Part shown: one piece after another, positions 1 to 14,579 of the stretch
Numbering within the stretch: the stretch's first letter is position 1
How the letters are laid out: every line of letters begins with the position of its first letter
Assembly (NCBI GenBank): GCA_009914755.4
Contig: CP068257.2
Location: 6,944,001-7,008,000 of the forward strand
Direction of reading: 5' to 3'
From: the human T2T-CHM13v2.0 reference genome, Homo sapiens
Length of the DNA: 64,000 nucleotides
Position numbers and translations under genes: made by a program
The notes under the pieces: model-generated
Databases searched by the model: none
What the model saw: the letters and a program-made list of their open reading frames with translations, nothing else
Told to the model about the DNA's origin: nothing

Positions 1-535
1 GGACCTATTTCTTCAGGGTTTATAATTTATGTATGTTGTTACAAATAGAGAAATTACTTTTTCTTTGACCCAATAGGTAGAGGGCACTTTTGTGGACTCA
101 GAAAGCTTGCCTCTCCTATTTTATTTTAGGAAAATTTCTCAGATTCTGCCTCCTCATTTCCAAGCCAGAGTTTAAAATATTTACATTTTTACTTCATAGT
201 GTTAAGACATTGTGTAATGTAAGTATAATGTGTAAAAAAAAATCTTAAAAATCTAATAGTGATTTGGCAGAGACCAAAGCATGGAGGGCCTTGAAATGCT
301 GCTCTATTTGTTATCTATTATTATAAAGCAATTACCATAAACTTAATATCTTAAAACAGCACCCATTTACTTAGGTCAGAACTCAGGGCAGGCTCAACTG
401 TGCTCTCTGTTTAAGGTCTCACAGGATTCAAATCAAGGTGTTACCTGGGTGGAGGCTCCGGGGGTGAATCCTCTTCTGGGGCATTCAGGTGTGGGAGGAA
501 TTCAGTTCTATGCAGTTGTAGGGCTGAGCTCGCCA

Positions 536-842
536 TTTTCTTTTTCTTTTTTTTTTTTTTTTTTGAGACAGAGACTTGCTCTGTCGCACAGGCTGGAGTG
601 CAGTGGTGCAGTCTCGGCTCACTGCAACCTCTGCCTCCTGGGTTCAAGTGATTCTCATGCCTCAGCCTCCAAGTGGCCGGGATTACAGGCGTGCACCACC
701 ATGCCGGCTAATTTTTTTTTTTGTATTTTTAGTAGAAACGGGGTTTTACCGTGTTAGCCAGGATGGTCTCGATCTCATGACCTCGTGATCCTCCTGCCTT
801 GGCCTCCCAAAGTGCTGGGATTACAGGCATGAGCCACCACAA
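536..842 (-). mobile_element. Alu SINE, near full length, antisense
   Basis: T-rich tract followed by gagacagag...gcccaggctggagtgcagtgg...cctcccaaagtgctgggattacaggcatgagccacc, the reverse complement of the Alu consensus. ORFs 449..757, 576..788 and 441..647 lie inside it and are Alu-derived. Confidence 0.9.
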
Positions 843-2506
843 CCTGCTGAGCTCACAATTTTCTTACTGCCTATTGGTGGGTCACCCTCAGTTCCTAGAG
901 GCCACTCTTTGGTTTTTGCTCCTGGCTCTTTTTATCTTGAAAGATAGCAACAGTGTATTGAAATGTTCCCTTGCTATGAATTTCCCTTTTGCTACTAGCT
1001 GGAGAAAACTCCAGCTTTCAAAGAGGTTATTTGATTAGATTAGGCAAATATCTCTTTTGATTAATGCAAAGGCAGTTGATTGGTGGCTTTAATCACATCT
1101 GCAGAATTCCTTTGCCATATAATATATTAATGGCATTAACCTTGTCATGATATTTCATCATATTTACAGCCTCTGTATTAGGGTAGGAAATTTGGTGGGG
1201 TTGGTGGTATGCGGGCATTTTAGAATACTGCCTACCACACATTCTGTATTGAGGGGTTTGTGTGTGATTCAGAATATATTTGTATTCCTTTAGAAAGATT
1301 GCTGTGGCAGCAGGGAGGAGGATGTGGCAGAAAGGAAAGATACTGGCAGGAGAAAAATCCCACTCTTAGCAGTCTCCATTTTGATTTTGTAATGTCGTTT
1401 GATGTTTTTTTTTAGCAGATGTTTCAATCAGAAATGTGTGTTTAATAGTATGCCAACTAGAATGATTAGCCTGGACCAGAACAAGAGTCATGAGTCAGTC
1501 ATTGAACTGTTCATTACTTCAGGTCAATTCATACACAGAATAATTTCATAGATTAGGTTTTATTTCAGTCAGCTTTATTTCACTTTCTAAAGCAAACAGT
1601 TGTTTAAACCTCGGATCTCATTAACAGCATTTTAATAAACACAGTATTAGGGTGGGTTTACTTACCTAGATTGCGAATCTCATGGATTATATATTGATTC
1701 TTATAGGCTTAATTTTTGAATCGGGCATTATTTATTGTAATTCTTTAGTCTTACGTTTTGCATGTTTGAAGCTATATTTTTTCCTCTGAATACCACATTT
1801 GCCATGTCTCAGAGATTTTTTTGATGTTTCTTAATCATTTAAAAATAATACATGATTTTTCTTCTTGATTGAAACTCTGCCATTATATAGAAAGGACTTT
1901 TAAATTTTGCCAGTGGATAGATTTGGGAGTTTATCCTTATATTGTGAATTTCTAATTTTTATTGTATTAGGTCTAGGGACGCATCTGCTTTTACTGGATA
2001 TAACCTAGGAAATACCTGCTTTTTAAAATATGTGGACATTTCCTTATGACCATACATGTGAATTTTTTTTGAAAATTCTATGTACATTTGAATGGAATGT
2101 TTTCTCTATTTTTGGAATTCAGAGATCTGTGTGTATTTTATGTGTCTGTTTGAATCAAACCCGATCATTGCTATTATTTATTTCATATCTACTTAATATC
2201 CTGATTTGAGAGCTATGTTAAAGTCTAATCTATGCATGTTATTTCTACTCAGCTTTACTTTCTATGTGTGACATATACGTATTAGGTGTATAAACTTTAA
2301 TGACTATGGCTTCTTTTGGAATTTACACTGTAACATAAAACTTATGTTATTATGAATTATTATCTTTGACTTGTTCACTGCTTTTTAGTTTAAATTCTGT
2401 TTCTTTGCAATTATTGCTATACCTGCATTTTTTGGATAGCGTTTGTGTTTTTTCCCCTCAAGTCTGTTTTTGAATTGTGTATGTCACTGTGCATTGTGCA
2501 TATGTA

Positions 2507-2508
<2 letters not shown>

Positions 2509-2568
<60 letters not shown>
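2509..2568. repeat. (TA)n microsatellite, about 25-28 units
   Basis: Uninterrupted tatata run from 2511 to 2560 with degenerate flanks. Confidence 0.95.
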
Positions 2569-2587
2569 GCCGCTCCTGTGTTGCTGT

Positions 2588-3155
<568 letters not shown>

Positions 3156-4404
3156 AAAAGTATTTCATTCATTTTATATTATATATGTGTACACACACAC
3201 ACATACATAAATGAAGTCTGTAGTATAGTTACAGGTAAAATATGCATATGTGTTAAGTAGTATATTTGGCATATTTTGAAAGTTGCTGTCTTTTACTAGA
3301 GAATTTAACCTATTTACATTTGCTATCCATGGACTTGAATGTTAGCTTAACAGACATTAAAATTTTGGTTTTAAATAATTTTTTATAGACTTAGGAAAAC
3401 AAAGATTTTTTGGGGGTTTCTTTTTAATTCAGTATTGGTAATGAGAACTGATGCCCGATTCTTCTTTTTTTGTAATGATTTGTTTTCTTTTTTATGTGGC
3501 TCCAAGAATTTTCCTTTTATCCTTGTTATTTCAAACTTTCTGGGAAGTTTTTACCTGAACCTGCCATTCAGGGAGTTTAAAGAGGCATTGTTACAGATCA
3601 AGAGTGAGTATTTTTGTAGGGATATAGAGATAAGTGGAACAGTGATAATGACTCTTTGGGTTTTAGGTTCCTCATCTGTTGAATGAGGATTATGCTTAAT
3701 TAAATGTTAGCTTTTATTATTAGATATATACATAACTTTTCCTTTAGAATTTTAGTGATTATAATCCCTTCTATTTTCTCCCCTTCTGGTACTCATATAA
3801 AACAGACGTTGCACCTTCTGGATCAGATTTTCATGTCATTCTGCCTCTTTCTCTTGCTTTCCATCTTTGTTCTTTATTACTGCATCCTGGGAGAATCCTA
3901 GTTGCCTAACACTAAAAACAGATTGGTGAAGATTAAAAACAAATTTGGAGCATGGGGAGCCTTACAATACTTATTTATTAGAGCACGTAGCCTAAAACCA
4001 TTGCTATAGTTGGTACAGAATAAATACTGGATAATTAATTAAATGAACTGTGGAATATTTAACTTCTTGGTACTTTTTTATGATACAACTTTAATCTCAG
4101 AAATTTTGTTCATTCTGTTTTTTATAGATACATTTTGACAGATTATTTCAATCTATTAAATAAAAGTTTTGAAAATTCCTCAGACTCATTCTTAAAATTG
4201 GTAATATGAGTTCTCACTGAGTTTTTGTTGTTGTTATTGTGTTCTTGGATTAATATGGGAAAATATTATTATAACATGTTGCTTTTTTCCTTTTCTTACT
4301 CCCTGTCTTTTCAATGATGAATAAAAGTAAAAAGAAAAAATGCCATCTAGGAATTTTCATTATTGATTCAAATAAACCATTTAGTTGATAAACCATTTAA
4401 GGGC

Positions 4405-4834
<430 letters not shown>

Positions 4835-5730
4835 TAAGAGTGTTGACATTTGAGAAGTTCCCTGTAGAAATCTATTCTTTGATATTGTCTATGATTTTAC
4901 AAGTACTTTTTATTTGGTTTAGGAAGATACATTCCAGACTGTGTATATATAATAAACATTTTCTTTTAATGCCGAGTGCTCTTCATTAGCTATTTAATTG
5001 TAACATATGGGTTTGAAGCGTTCCCCTAAATGTAGTGTTTTATTTTCCTTCTTTTATTCACTGATATCTTTATATGATATTGTGAATTAGTATGTTAGAT
5101 ATATTCCAGTACTTTTCATAATAGTTTAGCTAATATAATATTTTTCATTGCAGATATGATTAAGAGAACATATTGGTGTTTCTAAAATGAGAAAGACATT
5201 GAGAACCTGGTCAATTTAAATTATTTTCTGTTATTATATACTTACCTCTCATTATATTTTATCTGCCAAGATTATTTTTAGTGCAAAAGGCTTCTGCAAA
5301 ACTTGCCATATGGTATCAAAATAAGCGATTTTAGATTTTAACAATTTAGCAGAAATTAGTTATGTTAATGAGTTGTTATAAACATTTTTCAACAGATTGA
5401 TTGTACTTTTTCTTTCGACATTTACGTGACCTTTCTCTTTGGACATTTAGACTACCAAGGTGTTGTATTTGCAGTTAATTCTGGGTTCTGTTAATGCACT
5501 AAACATATTTAGATACCTTGGGCATTACAATATAAAAAATTACCTGTTTTGTAAAAGCTGGTTATTACACTTTATCAATGAAGACAAATATTTATTTTTT
5601 TCTGTGTTTCTAATGCATTAATACCCTTGAGTGCCAAAATAGCACTGAAATGTTATTCTGTATACTTATAAACATTATATAAAATTAAAGTGTCACAACA
5701 GTAATTAGTGTTTATGAGTTATTTAGAAGC

Positions 5731-5933
5731 TTCTCCTGCTTCAGCCTCCTGAGTAGCTGGGACTACAGGTGCCCGCCACCACATCCGGCTAAATTTTTGT
5801 ATTTTCAGTAGAGATGGAGTTTCACTGTGTCAGCCAGGATGGTCTCGATCTCCTGACCTCGTGATCCACCCGCCTTGGCCTTCCAAAGTGCCAGGATTAC
5901 AGGTGTGAGCCACCGGGCCGGCCAGAGTTTTGT
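5731..5933 (-). mobile_element. Truncated Alu, antisense; lacks its 3' third and poly(A)
   Basis: cagcctcctgagtagctgggactacaggtgcccgccaccacatccggctaaatttttgtattttcagtagagatggagtttcac...gtgccaggattacaggtgtgagccaccgggccggcc. Confidence 0.85.
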
Positions 5934-7307
5934 ATCTCTTTCTTTTCTTCTTTCTGATTCAGCCCTCAGGAGTCATTTAGCTTTGTTATGTTGATTCAAT
6001 GCAGTAGACTGATGACAGTGAGGAAGAGTTTGATAGTATGTGAGATACAGATTTACACATAAAACATTGAAAACAATTATAATTTTAACTACTGTAGTCC
6101 CTGGTTAATTAGCAGAATATAAAGTCAGTGTAGTAACATGTGAAGATATCCACAGTAATGTTAGCAGGGTCCAACTGTCTCTGCTACGTGAGGCTCCAGT
6201 TATCTCAGCTAAGCTGTTTATGAGCCACACTCACAAACAAGATCACCAAAAGTTAAGTCTTTTTGGTATATGTATAGGAACACCTATCTATTAGGGCCTG
6301 TTTGAAGCAGCATTTTTGGTGCTTTGGATACAAAGATAGTATGGTGCCTCAACTGAAGGATCTTGGATTAGGATGAGAAAAAGGTAAACTGATCATGTAA
6401 TGGCATAAGCAAGTAGGTACCATGTAACGGTGTAAACAAAAATTTATGTTAGATAGTCATTTCCCAAAGAGAGATTTCATACTGTATAGTACAGGGCTCA
6501 TCAGACTCTCTTCAAAGAAAATGATGCTCAAAATGGACTTGGGAGAATGAGGAAGAGTTTGTGAATCATTCTAAGGGAAAACTGAATAAGTAAATGCAAC
6601 ATTTTACATAATTTCTTCTGACTTCTTATGTGTTCACTTGCCCTAGACTGCCCCTCTTGTTTGGGGCTTATTTCTGTGCGTTTTACCACTTGCAAGATAA
6701 TGGAGGCAGGTTGAAATGGGAAAGATACCAGATGACTAATTTTTTTCCCCCACATTTCTATCTTTTGTTAAGAAATTTGAAGTTGATTGCTACATTGAAA
6801 TATGTAGTTTTGTTTTTTTTTGTGAGTCTTTAACCATTTGTGTCCCTGTTAACTTATAATTGATGAGTTTATTTTGTATTTATTTTTAGGCAGGGTAAAA
6901 TAGTAATATGCCTCATAAATAATATATGTTCCTATTACTAGTTTTGGTAGGATTTAAAAACTTTATAATAATCCTCAATATAGAAACCTGCCCCTTTAAC
7001 CATATTACCATTTGCTTTTAAAAAAAAATCTTTAGGTTTTGTTTCTAAAATGGTTCACAATTTATTTTTGAAAATATAAGGAATGAAATTCTAACTTTCT
7101 AATTTGAATGGAAGGATGAGTTGGTAGCACACGAAGCACTAAATTGAGTAATGTAGATTTTATTATTTTTAACGAATCCTTTAATATTTTGCAGGTTCAA
7201 TTTGTTTACTTGTGATGTACAGAGAGTTTTTTATACCTTCCCAGCTTATATTTGAATATTCCTTTTCAAGGTTTTATAAAGAGATTTCTCGCCTTTACCC
7301 CTTTCAG

Positions 7308-7470
7308 CGATGTGCATTTTGTAAGCACTTTGGAGCCACTATCAAATGCTGTGAAGAGAAATGTACCCAGATGTATCATTATCCTTGTGCTGCAGGAGCC
7401 AGCTCCTTTCAGGATTTCAGTCACATCTTCCTGCTTTGTCCAGAACACATTGACCAAGCTCCTGAAAGAT
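7308..7470 (+). CDS. KMT2C: KMT2C-like exon encoding the C-terminal part of the first PHD/ePHD finger
   Basis: Acceptor cctttacccctttcag at 7292-7307, donor gtaagt at 7471. Translation: RCAFCKHFGATIKCCEEKCTQMYHYPCAAGASSFQDFSHIFLLCPEHIDQAPER. Confidence 0.8.
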
Positions 7471-7688
7471 GTAAGTTTACTACGGATAGACTTTTAAACT
7501 TCAACCAATGTATTTACTGAAAATAACAAATGTTGTAAATTCCCTGAGTGTTATTCTACTTGTATTAAAAGGTAATAATACATAATCATTAAAATCTGAG
7601 GGATCGTTGCCAGAGATTGTTGGGGAGGGAAATGTTATCAACGGTTTCATTGAAATTAAATCCAAAAAGTTATTTCCTCAGAAAAATC

Positions 7689-7694
7689 AAATAA
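7689..7694 (+). promoter_or_regulatory. Canonical AATAAA poly(A) signal with a GT/T-rich downstream element (gtttgcgtgttttttatt), about 220 nt past the unspliced donor of the 7308 exon
   Basis: aatcaaataaagtttgcgtgttttttattc. A possible terminal-exon read-through of the kind reported for BAGE transcripts. Confidence 0.35.
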
Positions 7695-9495
7695 AGTTTG
7701 CGTGTTTTTTATTCTTAAAACATTTTAAAAACCACTGAAGAAAGATGTAAATAGGGACTGTGCAGTATTTCTGACATATACTATAAAATTATTAAAAAGT
7801 CAATCAGTATTCAACATCTTTTACACTAAAAAGCCATCCAGTTGAAGAATTAGAAGAAAGTTCACTCAGGTGTTATTTCAGGATTTACGTTAATAGGAAC
7901 ACCAAACCCTTCTGAAATTCTTGGAAATTTTGTATCCCTGATAGGTGTGATAGAAATCTCTGCTAGCACCTTTTCATGATTCATCTATCTTAGTCATCTG
8001 TAATCTGCAGTTGTGCTGTTTTCCTTTCTTTTCCAAATAGTATTTTATAATTCAATGAAAATGTTTAAATGCTTGAAATTTACATTATACAGGAAATCAT
8101 AACTCTACTATTGTATCATTAAATAGAGATCTCTCCTTTTTCTTACTATGTGTTTTCCCAATGAGCATGTATATTTTGGCATCTTTTTTCTCCTAGTCTG
8201 TTGAATTTCCAATCTTATTATGGAACCTCCATGATATTTTATTCAGTCTTTTTTATGTCACCTCTTATTTACCTAATGTTAGCTTTTACCTGTTCCTTAG
8301 CAATGTTGATAAAAGCTTTTTTTCCTATCTTCTCCAGGTCTGTGAAACATAAGTATAGCTACTCCAGGCTTAAACTAATCTAAAATATGGTTAGTGTACA
8401 TGATCATTACCCTTTATCTTTGTTGAGTACCCTAATTTCATTTTCCATTAAAATTATTTTGTGTCCACATATGTAATCATATCACCCTTAGTAACCTAGT
8501 GTACAGACAAATTATAGGTAAGGCAAACAAAAATTTTAAATTATATTTAAGCTAATAAGGGATTTAAAGTTTTAAAATGCTTTAGATTGTACACTCTTCA
8601 ATCTGGAAGAGAAGAACTTTCATGCACAGCAACTGTTGTGGCTACTATTTATGTACTGAGTTACTTCAGCAAGTGCATACACTGGCAGTTATCAGAGTGG
8701 ATTATATTCTGAGTGGCATAATAAATATACTTTGTCATCTCAATAAAACAATTTTATGTGTATGTAAGAATCTGAATTTTATTCAGCCTTTTGTGTAGTC
8801 ATGCTTTAGACCTCAGTAAACAACATGCAAACTTGTATAAGAATGTTGCTCTGATGTTAGAACATTTTTTTACTCAATGGCAGTGCTACTTTCTACTGAA
8901 AACTGTGTTCTAATAGTGTATACCTTCAGTTACATGTTAGCAATCATAAATCAGTTTGTAAAATAATAAACTAAATACTGAGGTGAGATAATTTGCTGTT
9001 GTTGATCATGTATATAATGAAAGGTTTATGGCAACATAAAGCTAAAAGATATACTAAAATTATGAGTACTCTGCCTTTTTCCAAAATAGACTTATGGAGA
9101 CTCATAAAAATACATGAGCAAAAGGATAAAACTAAAAATAAGTAAGGAAATTTGGCAATGGAAAATTTAGATAGGATAAATATGAAGATAATAGAGAGAC
9201 CCCCAAAAAATGTGTAATTCCAGACAAACCACAAATTTGGCCCCATACCTTTTCAACAGTCAATACAAAGAAGGACATATGAGCCCTTAATCTGATTCTT
9301 ACTATTTATAACATCACTTGATATAATGATATAATAATAAGACATCCCTTGATAGAATGCAATGAAAAATTGTCTTAAAGTAGCCACCTTGCAGTAGAAA
9401 AATACCAGTTTCATAGGGCTGTTGCTTATAGCAGCCTTCAAACTAAGTCAGTGGTATAAAATCAAGGCCTAAATGACTAAATTAGATTTCTTTGG

Positions 9496-9800
9496 TTTTT
9501 TTTTTTTTTTTTTTTTTGAGATGGAGTCTCGCTCTGTCACCCTGGCTGGAATGAAGTGGCATGGCCTTGGCTCACTGCAAACTCCGCTTTCTGGGTTCAG
9601 GTGATTTCTCCTGCCTCAGCCTCCCAAGTAGGTGGGATTACAGGCGCACACCATAACACCCGGCTAATTTTTTGTATTTTTAGTAGAGACGGGGTTTCAC
9701 TATGTTGGCTAGATTTGTCTCGGACTCCTGACCTCGTGGTCTGCCCGTCTCAGCCTCCCAAACTGCTGGGATACAGAGGTGTGAGCCATCGTGCCCGGCC
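9496..9800 (-). mobile_element. Alu SINE, antisense
   Basis: Poly-T (22 nt), then gagatggagtctcgctctgtcaccctggctgg...gtgagccatcgtgcccggcc. Confidence 0.9.
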
Positions 9801-12800
9801 TCCTTGGGGATCTTAAACAGTGCATTCTAACTACACAGCGTTCTGACTCATCTGTTAAGAAGATCATAATCTTGGATTAAGTTCCAAGGATATAATTTAA
9901 AGAATATTGCAGATAGGATGTTTTGTCACCTTTTTAACATCTTTTATAAATATTTCTTCCTATCCTAATTGTGTGTCATGGCAGAAGTTACTTTTTATGC
10001 TTTTAAAATGATACTGTCTTAAATCATAGTGCTATTATGAGTGTTAAATGAACACAATGAATGGAATTCACATAACATTGTGCCTTGTATATATTAATTG
10101 CTTTAAAAAGGGTAGATATTTTACCTCATATCTAAGGCTTAAGTTATGAGAATGATAATACATATTGAGTATATGTATTTTCTGTTGCTTCCTAAAGGGC
10201 AGAGCAGTAGCTGTGATAGTTGACTGAGTTAGGAGTAAGGTTGACATCTTTTTATAAAAGTTGAGAAATTTAACAAAAGCATGTATCTCATTATAAAGAA
10301 ATCCACTAAAGAGAGTATCTGTGAAGAAGGCCAAGATTTTCATCAGGAAACACTTTTAGGGTGCTCTGTCATAGGTAAATGGCTGGTCATTGTTGCAACA
10401 TTATTTTCATGATGATACAAGGATACATTAACCTTGTCTGGAAATTTTACACTAAAAATCCATCTAGGAGATACAACCAGATATACTTCCTGAATAGGTA
10501 AACTGAATGGTAAGAAGCCAATCATGCAAGATAAGAGGAAAGACATTCCAGGGAGAGGGAACAGACCACTACACAGACCTTGAGGAGTGGACTTGGCATG
10601 ATTCATGAACAGACAGCATGTCATTTTACTTGGAGCATAGTAGCCTACTAGGTGGGGGTAGTAGAGACATCATCAAGGCGAACAAAGGCTAGATCATGAA
10701 GGCTTGTAAGCAAGGGAAGGAGTTTGGGTTCTGTTCGGTCTGCAATGAGAAGTTTTTGCAAGGTTTAAACATGGAAATGCTACATATCTTAATTCACCCC
10801 CTGTTCCTCAATGTATTTACTCATCATTTAGCTTTAATTCCTTTTACTTCACTTAAGCTTTAACTCCAGCCTCTTTTCTTTGGTTATCTTTGTATTTCTT
10901 GACATTAAGTCCTGCTGCTTTTCTTTTACCCTAAATTCTGTCAGTCCTCTGACCTTTCTTATCTACCTGCCAATGATATGGTCTAGCCTCTTTGGATGAC
11001 ATCCATGATTTATTTTTTCTTTCCAGAGATTCTCTTTTATAGACAAATCACTCAGCCCAGTGTCCTGCCAGTGATGAAAATTGGCAGATGATAGGGTGTG
11101 ATGGAAATTAGAAAGCAATGCTGATTTGGTCCTTTTTCAATTTACACTGTATGACAGCTATTTTGACTTTTCTTGCTGTTCACCAATGCTTTTATTCTTA
11201 TGTGTTGTCTGGACTTTCTTAAGCAATAGTTTCATCAAGTTTAAGGATCTGTGATAAGCTCTGTTCTAATTTAAGCTGAATGTTTTTGTCTTTTTTATTT
11301 ATCTCTTCTCTTTTTACAGCTGTCTCTTAGGAAATGACCTTCTCTAAAGATGATCATTTTGTTTCCTCTCACTTTTCTCCTGCCATAAGAACCTTGCTCC
11401 CTTTACTTCATTTAGCTTTATTGTATGCCATTGTTGGCATTTCATGTCTACTTTTGTGTATACTCAAATACTCATCACTTTCATTGATCAGTAGTAAAGT
11501 TTGCTGAGGAGTCAATTTGATTAGTAGTCAAGAGCCTGATCTTAGAAGCCAAATAGACCTGGACTTTACTCCTCTCCCCTCTTAAATTATCTTTAGTTAT
11601 AGCCTGTCTTTTTGCTTTTTCAACTGTTTAAAGAAAAATTTTTTAGTTGATTATTGCTTTAAACTTAATGTCTCTGGCTTACAGACATGTGTGTCTAAAT
11701 ATTCATATTTAATTTCTGTGATGACACCAAACCTATCCAGTAGTATCGATAATCTTCTTATACATGACCTCCGTAAGGTTGTTTCAGTATTCCCACACAT
11801 CTTCTCCCTGACTGGGAGGGTTGGAACCAACCTCATTTCTTTGTGTAGTGCTTTTAAAAATAATATTGTTTTTCACATAAGGTATATTAAGTGTTTTTGC
11901 ACCAGATGTATTACATGGATGTTTTCCTTTGACTAATTTATTACCAATGATCCATAGTAATCAGATAACACAGCAAGGTTGTCAGTAAGGCATTGGTGGA
12001 GATCATCATAGTCTAAAAAGTGATTTTTGTGACAATGACAGTTGTCTTGTTGCAGAGTGAACTTTGTTGTATATAACAGTGCTGTGCAGTATAAATATAA
12101 TGTGAGCAACATAAGTAATTTTTCTAGTGGGTATGTTAAAAATTTGAGAAAAAGGAAACATTTGGGAAGAATTGTAGTAAATTTTATTTAATTCAGTAAT
12201 CCAAAATAGTAATATTTCAAATTTTGAGATACTTTTTCCCCATTAAGATTTTGGAATTCAGTGTGCATTTTATGCTTACTGCATACCTCGATTTGAACTA
12301 ATTACATTTCACTTGTTCAGAAACCACATGTCGCTAATAGCTACCATGGCAACTTGAAGTGTCAGGGGAGCAAACTCTAGAAAGTTTCACAGAAGCATTT
12401 TAGTGTTCCTAGGAGAGTATAATAGAAAAATGAATTGATTATCTGATAATTAGTTTCTGATAATTAGTTGAGTATTCCCCCAATTTTTAAAAGTTTTACA
12501 GTGAGCAAAAAGAGATCAATTTTTCAATGTACATATTTTGAAAGATAAATACTAGTACTCTCAATATTAAGAAACATAACATCCCAGTTATGTCCTTTCT
12601 ATCAAAAATGAACCAATTTATGATGCTTCCATTGTTAATGATTTATTTTAAATGCCTATCACTTAAAGAGCCATTTAAAAGTGATTTTAGCAGTAAGTCC
12701 TTCACTTAAAATATGTTCAATAAGACTTGATTCATGTTAGGCAGTTGGGGATACAAAGTTAAAAAAGTTAAGGCCCCTGTCCTTCAAGGATCCACAGAGT

Positions 12801-12919
12801 TGTGCTGTAAATAAATGATTATACAGAAGTTTCTTGTAAGCATATGGATAAAAGTAATATTCAACAACTAAATGGGTATTTGGGTGTGGTAATAGGTATT
12901 CAGGAAATAATGTGCAGAT

Positions 12920-13211
12920 TTTTTTTTTTTTGAGACAGGGTCTCACTCTGTCCCCCAGGCTGGAGTGCCGTGGCATAATCTCTAGTCACTGCAGCCTCCA
13001 CCTCCTGAGTTCAAGCGATTCTCCTGCGTCAGCCTCCTGAGTAGCTGGGACTACAGGCATGTGCCACCACACCCTGCTAATTTTGTATTTTTAGTAGAGA
13101 TGGGGTTTCACCATGTTGGCCCGGCTGGTCTCGAACTCCTGACCTCAGGTGATCCATCTGCTTTGGCCTCCCAGAGTGCTGGGATTACAGGCGTGAGCCT
13201 CTGTGCCCAGC
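12920..13211 (-). mobile_element. Alu SINE, antisense
   Basis: Poly-T, then gagacagggtctcactctgtcccccaggctggagtgc...gctgggattacaggcgtgagcctctgtgcccagcc. Confidence 0.9.
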
Positions 13212-13602
13212 CATGAGCAGAGTTTTGAAGGCTGGGAGCACAGCAGAAAAACAAAATTTCAAGCCGAGGGAACAGAATGTGTAAAAGCACACAGACATGA
13301 ATAGCATGTTATGTGAGGTGCATGGCAGACAATCCACCATGACCATGAAATAGTGAGTGGTTCTGAGATTCAGTTGGAAAGGGAGATAAGGACCTTTTTC
13401 CCTCATACTTGAAAATTCTGATTTTCTTTTAGGTGAAAAATGAGGTATTGGTGGAGTTTTAATTTATACAGAGGTTAACAATTAGATTTACATTTTTGAA
13501 AGATTGTTCTGGATGTGTAGAAAATGATTTAGAGAGGACGTCAGAACCATAAGTAGAGATGATTTGATGCAGAAGATACTGCAGTTAGCGAGACAGAGTA
13601 TT

Positions 13603-13682
13603 AGGTAGGTGCAAAAGTAATTGCAGTCTTTGCCATTAAAAGTAATGTCAAAAACTGCAGTTACTTTTGCACCAACCTAGTA
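13603..13682. mobile_element. MADE1 (mariner Hsmar1-derived MITE), an 80-bp palindromic element
   Basis: ttaggtaggtgcaaaagtaattgcagtctttgccattaaaagtaatgtcaaaaactgcagttacttttgcaccaacctagta: near-perfect inverted halves matching the MADE1 consensus. Confidence 0.85.
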
Positions 13683-14579
13683 TGATAGACTAAACTATAA
13701 ACATATAAAGAAAGAATGATGTGTAGGAAGTTTAATACATAAGAATTGGGATCTGGCTGGATGTGTTGGGTCAGGGCTGAGTTCAGAGTCAACAATGATA
13801 CTAAGGTTTCTGCCTTTATCTATTCTTGAGAAAAATGGATGCTGTTTCGGGTTTTTAAAAAAGTTTCACTTTAGAGCAGTTGAGATTGAGTGTTTAGAAC
13901 ACCTGGCTATTGAGATCCAGTAAGATTTGAAGAATAAAGGTTTGGGGTTTATGAAAGAATTCTAGGACCAATAATACAGATTTAGGAATCATGGTGGCAT
14001 TTTATGGCGTGAGAGTTGATGTGATCACAAAGGGAAACTATGGGGGATTAGGAAAGAAGAAAAAGGATGAAATCCTAAGAAACTCCAGCATTTAGAAAGA
14101 TTGTATAGTTACAAAAGCCAACAAAGGAGGATGAGATGAAAGTGGGGGAAAACTAAGGAGAAATTAGGAGAGAGTTGCCATGATAGAAACTAAGGAAAGG
14201 GGCATTTTAATGTGGGAGTGGCTAGCAATGCAAATGCTACAAAGTGCAGAAAAGCCAAAGACTAAATCGGGTTTCCTATGGGCATTGGCAGCCTCACTAT
14301 TGTAGCTTCAGATGAGTATTAGGTGCTAAGCCAGCCTTCATGAAATACGTCAGAGGTCCAGCCAGCGTCCACATTTTGAAGCCTGTTTTTGTACTGCCCT
14401 CAAGCGAGGAATTATTTTTACATTTTTAAAAGAGTGTAAATAAAAACAAAAGGTCTGACTTTTTGTCAGAGACTGCTATGGCTCACAAAGCCTAAAATAT
14501 TTACTATCTGGCACTTTTCAGGAAAAGTTTGCAGACTCTGGTAGAAATAAAAGAAATATATTTTTACTCTGTTTCAAGA

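Noticed and set aside
441-1038. Overlapping ORFs 441..647 (-), 449..757 (+), 576..788 (+) and 799..1038 (+)
   Set aside because: All lie within or run out of the antisense Alu at 536-842. Their peptides ([15 protein letters not shown]..., [12 protein letters not shown]...) are the standard Alu-encoded pseudo-peptides. The many similar ORFs elsewhere (e.g. 9556..9816, 12737..13290, 31, 37, 40, 42-43, 52.7 kb) are rejected for the same reason.
7212-7520. 102-aa + strand ORF spanning the KMT2C-like exon as if it were one long coding segment
   Set aside because: Only 7308-7470 is exon. The ORF starts upstream of the AG acceptor (GTG start in intron) and reads through the GTAAGT donor at 7471 into intron.
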